From a virus (Duplodnaviria > Caudoviricetes), in the IMG/VR virus record IMGVR_UViG_3300020463_000113, positions 1 through 27,075 of that record: DNA of 27,075 nt. One strand, 5' to 3'. Shown piece after piece: positions 1 to 10,095 of this stretch. Under the pieces are notes generated by a model. It ran no database searches. It saw only the letters and a list, made by a program, of their open reading frames with translations, and was not told where the DNA came from. Positions within the stretch are counted from its first letter, which is position 1, and the number at the start of each line of letters is the position of its first letter. The position numbers and the translations under genes were made by a program.

Positions 1-864
1 GCAGGTAAAAGTTACATAGCATCAGGAAACATTATTAAAAATGCACAGGATCAAGGTATATTCGTTATACTAATCGATACTGAAAATGCACTAGATGAAC
101 AATGGCTACAAGCATTGAAGGTGGACACATCAGAAGACAAACTTTTAAAATTAAGCATGTCAATGGTTGATGATGTGGCAAAAACTGTTTCAGAGTTCAT
201 GAAAGGTTACAAAGAGCAACACGCAGACAACAAAGAAGGTGCACCTAAAGTGCTATTTGTCATAGACAGTCTTGGTATGATGCTTACCCCAACGGATGTA
301 AATCAGTTTGAAGCAGGCGATATGAAAGGTGACTTGGGTAGAAAACCTAAGGCATTGACAGCACTTGTGAGAAACTGTGTGAACATGTTTGGTAGTTGGA
401 ATGTTGGACTTATCGCAACCAACCACACATACGCATCACAGGACATGTTTGACCCCGATGACAAGATATCAGGTGGACAGGGATTCATCTATGCATCAAG
501 TATCGTGGTTGCAATGAAAAAATTAAAACTTAAAGAGGATGAAAAAGGCAACAAAGTTTCAGATGTAAGAGGTATCAGAGCCGCTTGTAAGGTCATGAAG
601 ACAAGATACGCAAAACCTTTTGAAGGTGTACAAGTTAAGATTCCTTACGACACGGGCATGGATCCTTACAGTGGACTCGTGGACTTGTTTGAGAAAAAAG
701 GATTGTTAGTACAACAAGGTAACAGGTTGAAATACATCGATAAAGCCGGTAAAGAACACATAGACTTTAGAAAAGCATGGGTAGGTGATAAATTAGATAT
801 GATAATGGCAGAGTTCAAAGAGACTGCACCAACAGAAGAAGCAGAAGAGGAAACCGAAGAATAA
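1..864 (+). CDS. uvsX: UvsX/RecA-like recombinase (5'-partial)
   Basis: Frame is open from base 1 (AGKSYIASGN... = end of Walker A; ILIDTENALD). Walker B VLFVIDSLG, IATNHTY, SGGQGFIYASS, KTRYAKP and acidic C-tail follow. The ORF-track TTG start at 115 is internal. Confidence 0.95.
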   Translation, partial: AGKSYIASGNIIKNAQDQGIFVILIDTENALDEQWLQALKVDTSEDKLLKLSMSMVDDVAKTVSEFMKGYKEQHADNKEGAPKVLFVIDSLGMMLTPTDVNQFEAGDMKGDLGRKPKALTALVRNCVNMFGSWNVGLIATNHTYASQDMFDPDDKISGGQGFIYASSIVVAMKKLKLKEDEKGNKVSDVRGIRAACKVMKTRYAKPFEGVQVKIPYDTGMDPYSGLVDLFEKKGLLVQQGNRLKYIDKAGKEHIDFRKAWVGDKLDMIMAEFKETAPTEEAEEETEE

Positions 865-1097
865 TGATCGACTTTACGCACGAAGACATAGAACGTTTAT
901 GGAACTCGATAATTCACTACGTACCAGAAAGACAAAGATTAGATTGTGCCATAGACTTCATTAAAAGTATCGAGGACATTGGTGTGGAACATGACGAAAT
1001 AAAAGCGTCTGCTGAATACGATCCAAAATTAGAAGAAGCGATCAACACTGTGTTCGAAGAAGACGAAGAGTCAGACGGATACGGCGAAGATGATTAA
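864..1097 (+). CDS. Small acidic hypothetical phage protein (77 aa)
   Basis: TAATG overlap with the uvsX stop and overlap with the uvsY start; no recognisable motif. Confidence 0.75.
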   Translation: MIDFTHEDIERLWNSIIHYVPERQRLDCAIDFIKSIEDIGVEHDEIKASAEYDPKLEEAINTVFEEDEESDGYGEDD

Positions 1098-1551
1098 TTG
1101 GTACAACGAAGTTAGTAGGAACCTAGCCAAGATACCAGACTGCGTGGCATACTTTGACAAAGAACTGCTAGAAGCAAAAAAGCAGTGCAAGATATACGGC
1201 AACCTAGAAAGGGCCAGTGCGGCACTACCAGGAATAGTTGAAGAAAGATTCAGTCAACTACAACAACTTGAAGCAATACTAGAATACCTAAACATAGAGT
1301 TAAGAAGGTTGAGATCAAAAACATTCAGGAAATACTTAGAAAACTACAACAGAGCACTTTCAAGCAGAGATGCAGAAAAGTATGTGGACGGTGAGGATGA
1401 TGTGGTAGACATGGACAAAATTATAAATGACTTTGCATTAATAAGAAACCAATGGTTAGGCATCACTAAAGGTTTAGATCAGAAACAGTGGCAAATAACA
1501 AATATTGTAAAACTGAGAGTAGCAGGAATGGAAGATGCCGATATCAAATAA
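1090..1551 (+). CDS. uvsY: UvsY-like recombination mediator
   Basis: 153-aa helical protein with DAEKYVDGEDDV and KGLDQKQWQITNIVKLR, typical of UvsY; directly downstream of uvsX. Confidence 0.85.
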   Translation: MINWYNEVSRNLAKIPDCVAYFDKELLEAKKQCKIYGNLERASAALPGIVEERFSQLQQLEAILEYLNIELRRLRSKTFRKYLENYNRALSSRDAEKYVDGEDDVVDMDKIINDFALIRNQWLGITKGLDQKQWQITNIVKLRVAGMEDADIK

Positions 1552-2164
1552 CAGAATCATACTCACAGACGTAGACGGTGTACTGCTAGAATGGGAACAC
1601 CATTTCACTAAATGGATGCTACAAAAAACTTTGTTTGACGAGAGGGGAGCAAGGTACCATCCTTACAGATTATTGCCAGACAAAGAAAACACATACGAAA
1701 TGGCAGAACGTTTTGGAGTCACAAAAGATGAGATAAGGAAACTTATAAGAGAGTTCAACAGGAGTGCATGGATGGGCACACAACGTCCAATGCTTGAGTC
1801 ACAGACCTGGGTAAAACTTTTGGCGGCAGAAGGATGGACGTTGATACCAATAACATCTCAGACATCTGACATACCGGCTCAGCAGTTGCGTAAGAGAAGA
1901 CTAGGTGAACTTTTTGGAGATCATGTATTCACAAATTACCATATACTAGGTACCGGAGCGGACAAAGATGGTGCATTAGCAGAGTTTCATGACACCGGAC
2001 TGTATTGGGTCGAGGACAAGCCAAAAAACGCTGTAGCCGGGCTTAGATACGGTTTAAAGCCTATATTAATCGACCACCCATACAACAGAGATTTTAATCA
2101 CGACGGAATAATCAGAGTAAGTAATTGGCAACAAATACACAAATTACTATCAGGTAGAAAATGA
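1535..2164 (+). CDS. HAD-family phosphatase, 5'(3')-deoxyribonucleotidase-like
   Basis: HAD motif I ILTDVDGVLL, motif II ITS, motif IV WVEDKPKN, C-terminal HPYN...RVSNW. Confidence 0.85.
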   Translation: MPISNNRIILTDVDGVLLEWEHHFTKWMLQKTLFDERGARYHPYRLLPDKENTYEMAERFGVTKDEIRKLIREFNRSAWMGTQRPMLESQTWVKLLAAEGWTLIPITSQTSDIPAQQLRKRRLGELFGDHVFTNYHILGTGADKDGALAEFHDTGLYWVEDKPKNAVAGLRYGLKPILIDHPYNRDFNHDGIIRVSNWQQIHKLLSGRK

Positions 2165-2835
2165 AAATATACGTTGGTCACGACAGCAGAGAAGACATAG
2201 CATATCAGGTTTGTGAACACTCCATCAAGCGTAGAGACCCGTCGGCCGAAGTAATACCACTGAAACAAAAACAGATGAGAGACCAAGGGTTGTACACAAG
2301 ACCGGTAGATAAGTTAGCCTCAACAGAATTCACTTTCACTAGATTCTTTGTCCCTTACATGAACGACTTCAAAGGGTGGGCGGTATTTTGTGATTGTGAT
2401 TTCCTTTGGAAGATCCCCAGCCACGAACTTGTAAAATATTGTGACAATAGTAAAGCAGTTGTGGTAGTGCAACACGATTACACGCCAACCGAGTCAACCA
2501 AAATGGATGGGCAGGTGCAAACTTCATATCCTAGGAAAAATTGGTCGAGCATGGTTTTGTGGAACTGTGAACATCCTAAGAATAAAATACTGACTCCAGA
2601 TTTACTTAACGAAGAATCTCCAAAGTTCCTTCACAGGTTCAGTTGGTTAGGAGATAACGAAATAGGATCATTGCCTTTGGAATACAACTGGCTAGTAGGA
2701 TGGTACAAGGAACCAAAAGATGGCGTACCTAAGATATTACACTACACAGAAGGCGGACCATGGTTTGACGGATATCGAGATTGTGAGTACGGCGATGACT
2801 GGAAGAAGGAACTGATAAATCTTTTCAGTTCTTAA
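2161..2835 (+). CDS. GT-A glycosyltransferase (GT8-like/CDI-like)
   Basis: IYVGHDSRE, STEFTFTRF, DxD motif (FCDCDFL), YPRKNWSS, LHYTEGGPWF. Confidence 0.85.
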   Translation: MKIYVGHDSREDIAYQVCEHSIKRRDPSAEVIPLKQKQMRDQGLYTRPVDKLASTEFTFTRFFVPYMNDFKGWAVFCDCDFLWKIPSHELVKYCDNSKAVVVVQHDYTPTESTKMDGQVQTSYPRKNWSSMVLWNCEHPKNKILTPDLLNEESPKFLHRFSWLGDNEIGSLPLEYNWLVGWYKEPKDGVPKILHYTEGGPWFDGYRDCEYGDDWKKELINLFSS

Positions 2836-2837
2836 GA

Positions 2838-3443
2838 TTAAAAATAAATTTTATCTATTTGATTTACATTCTCTTTTTGTTCAATCACTTCACTGTGATT
2901 AAATCCTAACTGAAACATGTACTCGTCCATGTCATTCACAGTTGGCATATCAAGAAATTGTTCGTCTTTGTACAAGTTAACTTCTTGTATCACATACTTG
3001 GCACGTGTGAATATATCAGGTGCACCCTGCATAATCATTATCTCGGCACCTTGCACATCTTGTTTGATCAGATCGAACTGAGCATCCTCACCAACCAACT
3101 CGTCCAACGTTTGCATCTGTCGGGTCTCAAAGTTTTTGAAAACGCCAAACACAGTGGAGCCTTTTGTGTATGTTACTTTCTTTTTATTCCCTTTGTCAAT
3201 TTCTCGTAGATACATTTTGATTTCTCTGTTGTTATCACCAAGCACAGCGATATGACATTTGTCAGCAATACCTTTTAAGTGCTTCTCATATTTTGGGCCT
3301 GCTTCTATGCAAGTGTATTCTGCATCAGGCCATATTGCTTTGACTTTCTTTGTCCAAAATCCTATGTTTGCACCTATGTCTAGTATTTTGTTTGGTGAGA
3401 AATAGTTTTCCGTTTTAAGTTTTTTAAGGTATTCGTACATCAT
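2838..3443 (-). CDS. FkbM-family SAM methyltransferase
   Basis: ILDIGANIG, TLDEL, DLIKQDVQGAE, QIDKIYF. Confidence 0.88.
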   Translation of the reverse strand: MMYEYLKKLKTENYFSPNKILDIGANIGFWTKKVKAIWPDAEYTCIEAGPKYEKHLKGIADKCHIAVLGDNNREIKMYLREIDKGNKKKVTYTKGSTVFGVFKNFETRQMQTLDELVGEDAQFDLIKQDVQGAEIMIMQGAPDIFTRAKYVIQEVNLYKDEQFLDMPTVNDMDEYMFQLGFNHSEVIEQKENVNQIDKIYF

Positions 3444-4081
3444 GCTTTGTAGTAAACAATATCAGGCCATGTCTTCATTAACACTTTGAAACCTAAAGAT
3501 TTCAAATGTTTTTTAATATCTCTTTTACTGCTTCCGTATCTTTCACTGTTTCCGTTTAATTCAACCATTAGGTATTCAACATTTTCTAATGTTTTTCCTG
3601 CACCCTTAAGCACTTCCATCTCTAAACCTTCGACATCTATCTTGATAAAATCAACGCCCGATAATTCCAACGTATCCAGCATGTTAATTTTTGTTTCGCC
3701 CTTTTCTATCAACACCCTAGTATTTTGGGTTGCACTATCTTCTGTCAACTTTACAAACCCTTTTTGGTTGCCTATCGCTTGATTATACACGCTAACATGA
3801 CTGTGAGTACTAACATTTCTCTCGAGGCATTCAAAGTGTACTTTGTTGGGCTCATAACAATATATGTTTTTTGCAAACTGTTGCATAGACAATGCCCAAG
3901 TGCCGCACCATGCTCCTACATCAACTATGAGGTTAAATTTTTTATTCTGTATGTTGCACCATTTAATCAATTCATTAAGACAGGTGTCCTGCATGTATGG
4001 ATGGCCTACGTTGCGCCATTGTTCTATTTGATTGTCCATGGAGGGTACCCACAGTCCTCCGCTTAATTTTTCAATATTCAC
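3440..4081 (-). CDS. FkbM-family SAM methyltransferase
   Basis: VDVGAWCG, YEPN, DFIKIDVEGLEMEVLKGA; its stop overlaps the next gene's start (ATGA). Confidence 0.9.
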   Translation of the reverse strand: MNIEKLSGGLWVPSMDNQIEQWRNVGHPYMQDTCLNELIKWCNIQNKKFNLIVDVGAWCGTWALSMQQFAKNIYCYEPNKVHFECLERNVSTHSHVSVYNQAIGNQKGFVKLTEDSATQNTRVLIEKGETKINMLDTLELSGVDFIKIDVEGLEMEVLKGAGKTLENVEYLMVELNGNSERYGSSKRDIKKHLKSLGFKVLMKTWPDIVYYKA

Positions 4082-4890
4082 AATATCCCCTTGCCCATCA
4101 TGACCTCAACTGCTGTACCGTTTTCAAACTCCTCGGGAGTAAACTGTTGGTATGCAAGACTATACAACCATGGCTCAGGACCAGCATAGAATGGATCTTC
4201 TATGTCCTCTAGATGTAAATTGCCCATGGGTTCTGCAAAACTTTTTGTATCACAGAATACAGGAACTCCCATGCATACTGCTTCAACGGCACTTATACTA
4301 CAACTTGTTACACATGCCCATGCATCTTTCAAGTCCTCGGATAGGGGAACTATTGCCTCACTTGGTCCCGAAGTTCCCCTTCCCCTAGGCTTGTGTCGAA
4401 GTCGAATAGGTCTATCAGTCACTCGTTGTAATTGTTGTATGGTTTCATTGGTCCAATTGGGTCTATCAAGGTAGTTGTGGATGCCTGGCGAACTGGGACA
4501 AACTAAAATGTGTGACCCCTTGAGACTTGGTGCTTTGATCTTCATTCCAAACTTTTCAAATCTGTCGCTTTTACAATCTTTCAAAAATCTTGCATGTATT
4601 CCATTTTTACATAGACGCCAATAATGGTTATTGAATTTTAGATTGTTATTATCAAATCTACCAAAGTATGGTGTGTCTGTGAACCAATAATCATGATTAC
4701 GTGCTTCTAACTTTTTCACTAACGGTAAATTATTGTTTACAAATCCCCAAAACATCGAATTCACGGCAGGCTCTATTTCAGCACCATTGTCTTTAATGGT
4801 AATCTGATCAGGCCACGATTTCTCCACACCGTTAAAGACTTCCCACGCTTTGCTTTTCTTATTGTTAAATGGTGCGTAAATTGTTAACAT
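4078..4890 (-). CDS. KpsS/KpsC-like GT-B glycosyltransferase paralog 1
   Basis: ILVCPSS, TDRPIRLRHKP, AWACVTSCSISAVEAVCMGVPVF, WLYSLAYQQF; this pattern is shared with four other ORFs in the window. Confidence 0.6.
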   Translation of the reverse strand: MLTIYAPFNNKKSKAWEVFNGVEKSWPDQITIKDNGAEIEPAVNSMFWGFVNNNLPLVKKLEARNHDYWFTDTPYFGRFDNNNLKFNNHYWRLCKNGIHARFLKDCKSDRFEKFGMKIKAPSLKGSHILVCPSSPGIHNYLDRPNWTNETIQQLQRVTDRPIRLRHKPRGRGTSGPSEAIVPLSEDLKDAWACVTSCSISAVEAVCMGVPVFCDTKSFAEPMGNLHLEDIEDPFYAGPEPWLYSLAYQQFTPEEFENGTAVEVMMGKGIL

Positions 4891-5527
4891 CTATAAACTC
4901 TATTAGTTGTGTGGCCCATTCCTTGTGTCCTTGTGCAGAAGGATGCGGATCACTTGGACTGACAATAAAATTTTTATCAGAAACAAATTCTAAATGACTG
5001 ATTTTAGGATTGAAAAATCTATCCATGTTGATTGCATCTCTTATCGTTTTAAAGTCCACTGTTCCGTTTCCAAAATCGTTAGGAAGGGAGTTATACATCA
5101 CGTATGGTATGCTGTTCCTTTCTAAATAATTCTGTAAATCAAACACGTTCTCAAGAAAATTCATAGTGAGATTATTTTCAATGTCCCACCCCTTATTGCT
5201 CCTAATAAAACTTACATTGTCTAGGGTTTTCCATGTTCTCCAGGTTAGATCTGTTCCAGAAATTCTTCCTTTCTTCCATCCGTCGTCGGTGATATAATCA
5301 TTCCTTACTGCACTAGACCAACCTATGATAGCAAACACTTCTTGTGCCTTGTGTTGTTCTAGCCAAACTTTTGACGAAAAACTTATCCTCACATTGCCTC
5401 TGCCTCCCATGGCTATGTTTGAAAGATCCATGCCATAGTGCTCAGCAATAATCTTGGTAGTAAAAGTGTCCACTCCGTCTTTGGGTCTGGGTGTGAGGAA
5501 ACTGCAACCGTTTGAAAATAATATCAT
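4865..5527 (-). CDS. SGNH/GDSL-like esterase or acyltransferase
   Basis: N-terminal NGCSF (GDS-like Ser), NIAMGGRGN block II, C-terminal DPHPS (DxHP). Confidence 0.7.
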   Translation of the reverse strand: MILFSNGCSFLTPRPKDGVDTFTTKIIAEHYGMDLSNIAMGGRGNVRISFSSKVWLEQHKAQEVFAIIGWSSAVRNDYITDDGWKKGRISGTDLTWRTWKTLDNVSFIRSNKGWDIENNLTMNFLENVFDLQNYLERNSIPYVMYNSLPNDFGNGTVDFKTIRDAINMDRFFNPKISHLEFVSDKNFIVSPSDPHPSAQGHKEWATQLIEFIDVNNLRTI

Positions 5528-5558
5528 ACTTGTGTATTATAACATAATTATTATTTAA

Positions 5559-6647
5559 ATGTTAGCAAAAAACATAATCTCGCTGAAGTATTTCCTCGAC
5601 CGCTGGGAAACGGTGGACCACGAATATACCTACACAGTGCCTTATCATGATTCTATCGATCCAAAATTCACAAGTTTACCAACCTTCGTTGCAGAGTTTC
5701 ATAATTGCAAAGTGCATACTTGCCCGTTGTTGTTGACCAGAGAGCACAAATTGATAACGGATCACGTATGGAAACTAACACACAAAAGTAGACACAAGCC
5801 ACATAAAAGCCATAAACTTTGGAAAGACTGGGATGATCACGTGGAACTGGACCTGCCACCTGTGACCGAATTTTTCCACGAGAAAGACACATACGTATGG
5901 TTGCCTGTTGACGACGACAGCAAAAGCAACCCATGGCACATCTGGATAGATGTAATATCCAAATTTAGATTACTTGAGAAAAGATGGTCAACAAACTTCA
6001 GTAGATACTGTTTCATAATGGCCAATCATAGTCCATACTTTGAAAAGGTGTGTAAAGAACTTTTCCCACATGTAAAGATAGTAGTAATGAAAAAGAATGA
6101 AACATGGCAATTCAAACATCTCATAGTGCCTAGCATGAGTAACGTAAGGGACGGTATAACAACACCGGCACTTGCGCCTTGGTTAAGGCATTTCAAAGGC
6201 ATAGCAAATACACAAGGAGTGAAACCTCACAGGAAGATAGTTGTGCTAAGGCCCGGTGCAAAGACAAGAAGGATGTTGAACTCAGATGAGTTGCTACTCA
6301 AACTTAAAGGTTGGGAGACTGTTACACTTGAAAATCTAAGTATTAAGGATCAAATTAAAACATTCGCAGAAGCATCTCACGTGCTGGCGGCCCATGGTGC
6401 AGGCATGGTTAACCTATTATGGTGTCAACCTGGGACCAAAGTAATAGAGATACAAGATAAGAATATGCTACACAAGAAAGTATATCCCTTACTTTCTCAC
6501 AATTTGAATTTGGAGCACAAACTTTACCTGGCAGAAGTTGTGCAGATACCACGAGAGAAAGGAAGCAAATTACAAGGTGTCAAAAGATTCAGTGACATGA
6601 TCAACTTTAAAATAAACATTCCCGAAATAATGGAGCATCTCGAATGA
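5559..6647 (+). CDS. Glycosyltransferase family 61 (DUF563-like)
   Basis: NPWHIWID, RRMLNSDEL, LENLSIKDQIKTFAEASHVLAAHGAGMVNLLW...VIEI. Confidence 0.88.
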   Translation: MLAKNIISLKYFLDRWETVDHEYTYTVPYHDSIDPKFTSLPTFVAEFHNCKVHTCPLLLTREHKLITDHVWKLTHKSRHKPHKSHKLWKDWDDHVELDLPPVTEFFHEKDTYVWLPVDDDSKSNPWHIWIDVISKFRLLEKRWSTNFSRYCFIMANHSPYFEKVCKELFPHVKIVVMKKNETWQFKHLIVPSMSNVRDGITTPALAPWLRHFKGIANTQGVKPHRKIVVLRPGAKTRRMLNSDELLLKLKGWETVTLENLSIKDQIKTFAEASHVLAAHGAGMVNLLWCQPGTKVIEIQDKNMLHKKVYPLLSHNLNLEHKLYLAEVVQIPREKGSKLQGVKRFSDMINFKINIPEIMEHLE

Positions 6648-7393
6648 ACCTTTCGATCCTGCAAAAAAGGCCTGAACTGATACTGGAGCCTTATCCACAT
6701 TTTGTAATTGAGAACGCCCTGCCTCAGGATTTGTACGAACAACTCGAACAGGAATGGCCTAAAGAACAACTGCTGTCTACGGAGCCGTTCGATTCCGGTA
6801 TATGCTATAGATTGAAGGCGGACGAGATGTTGAAGCCTGGAAAAGTTTCCAATCTTTGGAAGGAGTTCACCAAGTATCACACTTCGATTGAGTTTTACAA
6901 AGAGATGCTGGAAGTATTCAAAGATTTTGTTCCTCATGTTGATGACCTAACATTGAGTGCTAGAGGGTGGGATAATGGCGATGACAAAATAGGAACCGAT
7001 TGCCAAGCGGTGATGCACACCCCAATTGACTTTAGTTCGAGGACTGCACACCTAGACAATCCTAGAGAGATATATGCGGCTTTACTCTATATGCCCTACA
7101 AAGATGACTACAGCACAGGTGGTGAATTCCAGATACACCAAACACATGATAATATATCGGAAGTCAATAAAACCGGCGGGAGAGAGGCAAATGAGAAAGC
7201 AGGAGAGGTTGTCAAAGTAGTGCCTTACAAAGCCAATACATTAGTTGTGTTTTGCAACAATTCAACAAGGTGCGTACACAGTGTATCCGCTAGGAACAAT
7301 GCCGTGCTTCACAGGAGGAGCGTAAACATAATTGCAGAGTTCAACAGAATCGCTAGACGTAAAATGTTTGAAGTCAAAGAGAACAGGAAATAA
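6644..7393 (+). CDS. 2OG-Fe(II) oxygenase
   Basis: PYPHFVIENALP, HxD (AHLD), LLYM...GGEF, distal His (CVHSV), RRSVN. Confidence 0.82.
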   Translation: MNLSILQKRPELILEPYPHFVIENALPQDLYEQLEQEWPKEQLLSTEPFDSGICYRLKADEMLKPGKVSNLWKEFTKYHTSIEFYKEMLEVFKDFVPHVDDLTLSARGWDNGDDKIGTDCQAVMHTPIDFSSRTAHLDNPREIYAALLYMPYKDDYSTGGEFQIHQTHDNISEVNKTGGREANEKAGEVVKVVPYKANTLVVFCNNSTRCVHSVSARNNAVLHRRSVNIIAEFNRIARRKMFEVKENRK

Positions 7394-8202
7394 TGCTGTC
7401 AGGAATACACACAACCAAACCACGAACGCAACGTTATGTAGACACCTTTGTGAGTGGTGCGGGCAAGGGAAAGATGTATCAATTTCGTGAGCTCAAAGAG
7501 TTGCCAAAAGAAGACTTAACCATGTATGGCATCCTTGCAGGATCCGGTGAAGTTTATAAATGGTGTGAGAGGGAGCAAAGGCGTTTCTATTTTATGGACC
7601 ATGGATACTTCACAAATGCACATGACAGACCGCACTGGCTAAGAATCACACGTGGCAAACACTGCCAAAACATATTACAACAAAGGCCAACAGACAGGTA
7701 TGAGAAACATTTCAAAAGGCCTATTCAATCATGGAACAAGGGCAAAAAAATCCTTGTCCTACCGCCAACCAATGCAATCGCAAATTTTTTTGGTGTAACC
7801 GATTGGTTGCCAAACACATTGAAAATTCTTAGCGAGAACACCGATAGAGAAATAGATATCAGAGAAAAGCCATACAACCCAACCATAGAAATAGATCACG
7901 TTGGTGCCACAGTGAAAGTCGACAGGCCTACTGTCCACAAGGGTGATATCAATTGGACCGATTACTATGCTACCGTTACCTATAATTCCAACACCATGGT
8001 AGCCAGTCTGACCAACGGTGTGCCTGTGTTCTGCGATCCTAACAACAGTGCGGCGGCACCCATATCGGAGACAGACTTCAGTAAAATAGAAACGCCCAAA
8101 TACGGAGATAGGATTGCATTATTTTCAAGTCTAGCGTATAATAATTGGACACTACAAGAAATGGCGGACGGTACCGCATGGAGAATGTTGAATGAAGGTT
8201 GA
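7393..8202 (+). CDS. KpsS/KpsC-like GT-B glycosyltransferase paralog 2
   Basis: FMDHGYF, ILVLPPT, TDREIDIREKP, VTYNSNTMVASLTNGVPVF, LAYNNWTLQEM. Confidence 0.6.
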   Translation: MLSGIHTTKPRTQRYVDTFVSGAGKGKMYQFRELKELPKEDLTMYGILAGSGEVYKWCEREQRRFYFMDHGYFTNAHDRPHWLRITRGKHCQNILQQRPTDRYEKHFKRPIQSWNKGKKILVLPPTNAIANFFGVTDWLPNTLKILSENTDREIDIREKPYNPTIEIDHVGATVKVDRPTVHKGDINWTDYYATVTYNSNTMVASLTNGVPVFCDPNNSAAAPISETDFSKIETPKYGDRIALFSSLAYNNWTLQEMADGTAWRMLNEG

Positions 8203-9178
8203 AATATTTAGAAGAACAGTCAAAGATCGTAAACGTGGCAACAGTTACGAATTGCTTTACCACCTCAAAGAAGGCATCGAGGCGGCGGGAGACGAAGCGG
8301 TTATTGTGAATGAGAACAGATCAGGACCAACTGTAGAAGGTGAGATGATGCCAACTGCACCCATGGCGGCCATGTTTGGTTATGGGGGCGATAATCAGAT
8401 GCATCACACAAAAGGACGACGTAGAGAGCTGGCGAATAATTGTAGGAAAAAAAAGATCCCTCTGATAACCTTTGATGGCGGATTGCTATCTAGTTTTGGT
8501 AATGTGTCGACATCACCGGATCACCATTTCAGGGTATCCTTATACACACCCATGAACGATGGCAACTTCCTTTCAGACAACAGTCCCAGTGATCGTTGGG
8601 ACATGATGGTCAAAAAATTCAAAGTAAAATACGAACCGTGGCGTAAGTCTGATCAAAACGATCCCATAATATTTGTACTTCAGCCTAAAGACAATTGGAG
8701 CATGAACGAATTAGATCCTATAGATTGGTTCAAAGGAGTATACGATACACTGAGGCCGGCCACTGCTAGAAAATTTATTGTTCGACCACATCCTAATCAC
8801 GTGGCTTCCATTGTTGCACGTAAAAAAGAGTTTCCCGAAGATGTAGAACTCCAATTTACCCAGCAAAACTTTATAGGTGATCAAAAGAAATTTTACAGAT
8901 TTCATTTCCAAGAAGCCATTACAAATGCACATGCAGTTGTCACACACAACTCCACAGCCAGTGTAGACAGTTGCATAAGAGGTATACCAACGTTCTGTAC
9001 ATCAGACCTAGCTCTGTGTTGGGACGTGTGCAACAAAGATCTTAACGATATAGAAACACCAAAGATGCCGGACAGGACACAATGGGTGTACGATCTGGGA
9101 TATAAGTTGTGGAGCATAAAGGAGATAAGTGACGGCACAGTGTACAAAAGATTCAAACAAAAGTTAGGCTTACAATGA
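8192..9178 (+). CDS. KpsS/KpsC-like GT-B glycosyltransferase paralog 3
   Basis: IIFVLQPKD, IVRPHP, AVVTHNSTASVDSCIRGIP. Confidence 0.65.
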   Translation: MKVEIFRRTVKDRKRGNSYELLYHLKEGIEAAGDEAVIVNENRSGPTVEGEMMPTAPMAAMFGYGGDNQMHHTKGRRRELANNCRKKKIPLITFDGGLLSSFGNVSTSPDHHFRVSLYTPMNDGNFLSDNSPSDRWDMMVKKFKVKYEPWRKSDQNDPIIFVLQPKDNWSMNELDPIDWFKGVYDTLRPATARKFIVRPHPNHVASIVARKKEFPEDVELQFTQQNFIGDQKKFYRFHFQEAITNAHAVVTHNSTASVDSCIRGIPTFCTSDLALCWDVCNKDLNDIETPKMPDRTQWVYDLGYKLWSIKEISDGTVYKRFKQKLGLQ

Positions 9179-10095
9179 AATCATTATCGGTAATAACAAC
9201 TTTTCCACCTAACAGATGGACCGCCTACGCAAAGAGAATGCTGGAGAGTCATATCGAATTTTGGCCTGATAATGTAATCTTATATGCATACCACGAAGGA
9301 GACAGGCCTGACTTGAACCATCCAAAGATCAAGTTTATAAACATCGAGGATTCAAACCCCGAACTTGTAAAATTTAAACAGCGGCACAAAGACGACCCAG
9401 TGGCCAACGGCGAAGTGCAGGAAATAGAAGGAGGCGTGCGTAGAGATCCCAATGCAGGCAAGAACGACAAAGGCAAAGGTTCATACCTGTGGGACGCAGT
9501 AAGATTTGCACACAAGACTTTTGCTGTTGACCATGCCCTCAAAACACTAGACACAGATTACGTGCTGTGGCTTGATGCGGACACCTACACTTTCAGATCC
9601 ATAACCACGGAGTTTGTCACTGGTTTATTGCCCAAAGAAAAACTTGTAAATTATCTAGGCAGGGGCGGCAAGTATCCAGAATGTGGATGGGTATGTTATA
9701 ATAGGAATCATCCAAAGATTTCAGAATTCATGCAGTACTGGACAAAGTTGTACATCAATGACACCATATTCAGAGAACTAGAATGGCACGACAGTTACTT
9801 GTTCTGGCAGTGTGTAAAACGTATCGCACCCGACGACGGTGTGGACATAGGCAAAGGTGCAGGTGCCAAAGGACATCACGTGTTCATCAACAGTGTGCTA
9901 GGAGCATACGTGGATCACATGAAGGGCAAAAGAAAGGTGTTGGGTAAAAGTAGCAAGAGTGATCTGCGGGGAGATAGGAATGAAGACTACTGGAAGAACG
10001 TAGAGAACTATGATCCGTTTGGCGGAGTAAAGTTTGATCCAAAACAAAGAGAAGATATTGTGAGTAAGGTGGCCAAAGGCACACAAGGTAACTGA
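9175..10095 (+). CDS. GT-A fold glycosyltransferase
   Basis: AVRFAHKTFA, VLWLDADT (DxD), ECGW, EWHDSY, YVDHMKG. Confidence 0.75.
   Translation: MKSLSVITTFPPNRWTAYAKRMLESHIEFWPDNVILYAYHEGDRPDLNHPKIKFINIEDSNPELVKFKQRHKDDPVANGEVQEIEGGVRRDPNAGKNDKGKGSYLWDAVRFAHKTFAVDHALKTLDTDYVLWLDADTYTFRSITTEFVTGLLPKEKLVNYLGRGGKYPECGWVCYNRNHPKISEFMQYWTKLYINDTIFRELEWHDSYLFWQCVKRIAPDDGVDIGKGAGAKGHHVFINSVLGAYVDHMKGKRKVLGKSSKSDLRGDRNEDYWKNVENYDPFGGVKFDPKQREDIVSKVAKGTQGN

Noticed and set aside
115-864. ORF-track TTG start for the recombinase
   Set aside because: The frame is open from base 1 and includes the Walker A end; the gene starts upstream of the window.
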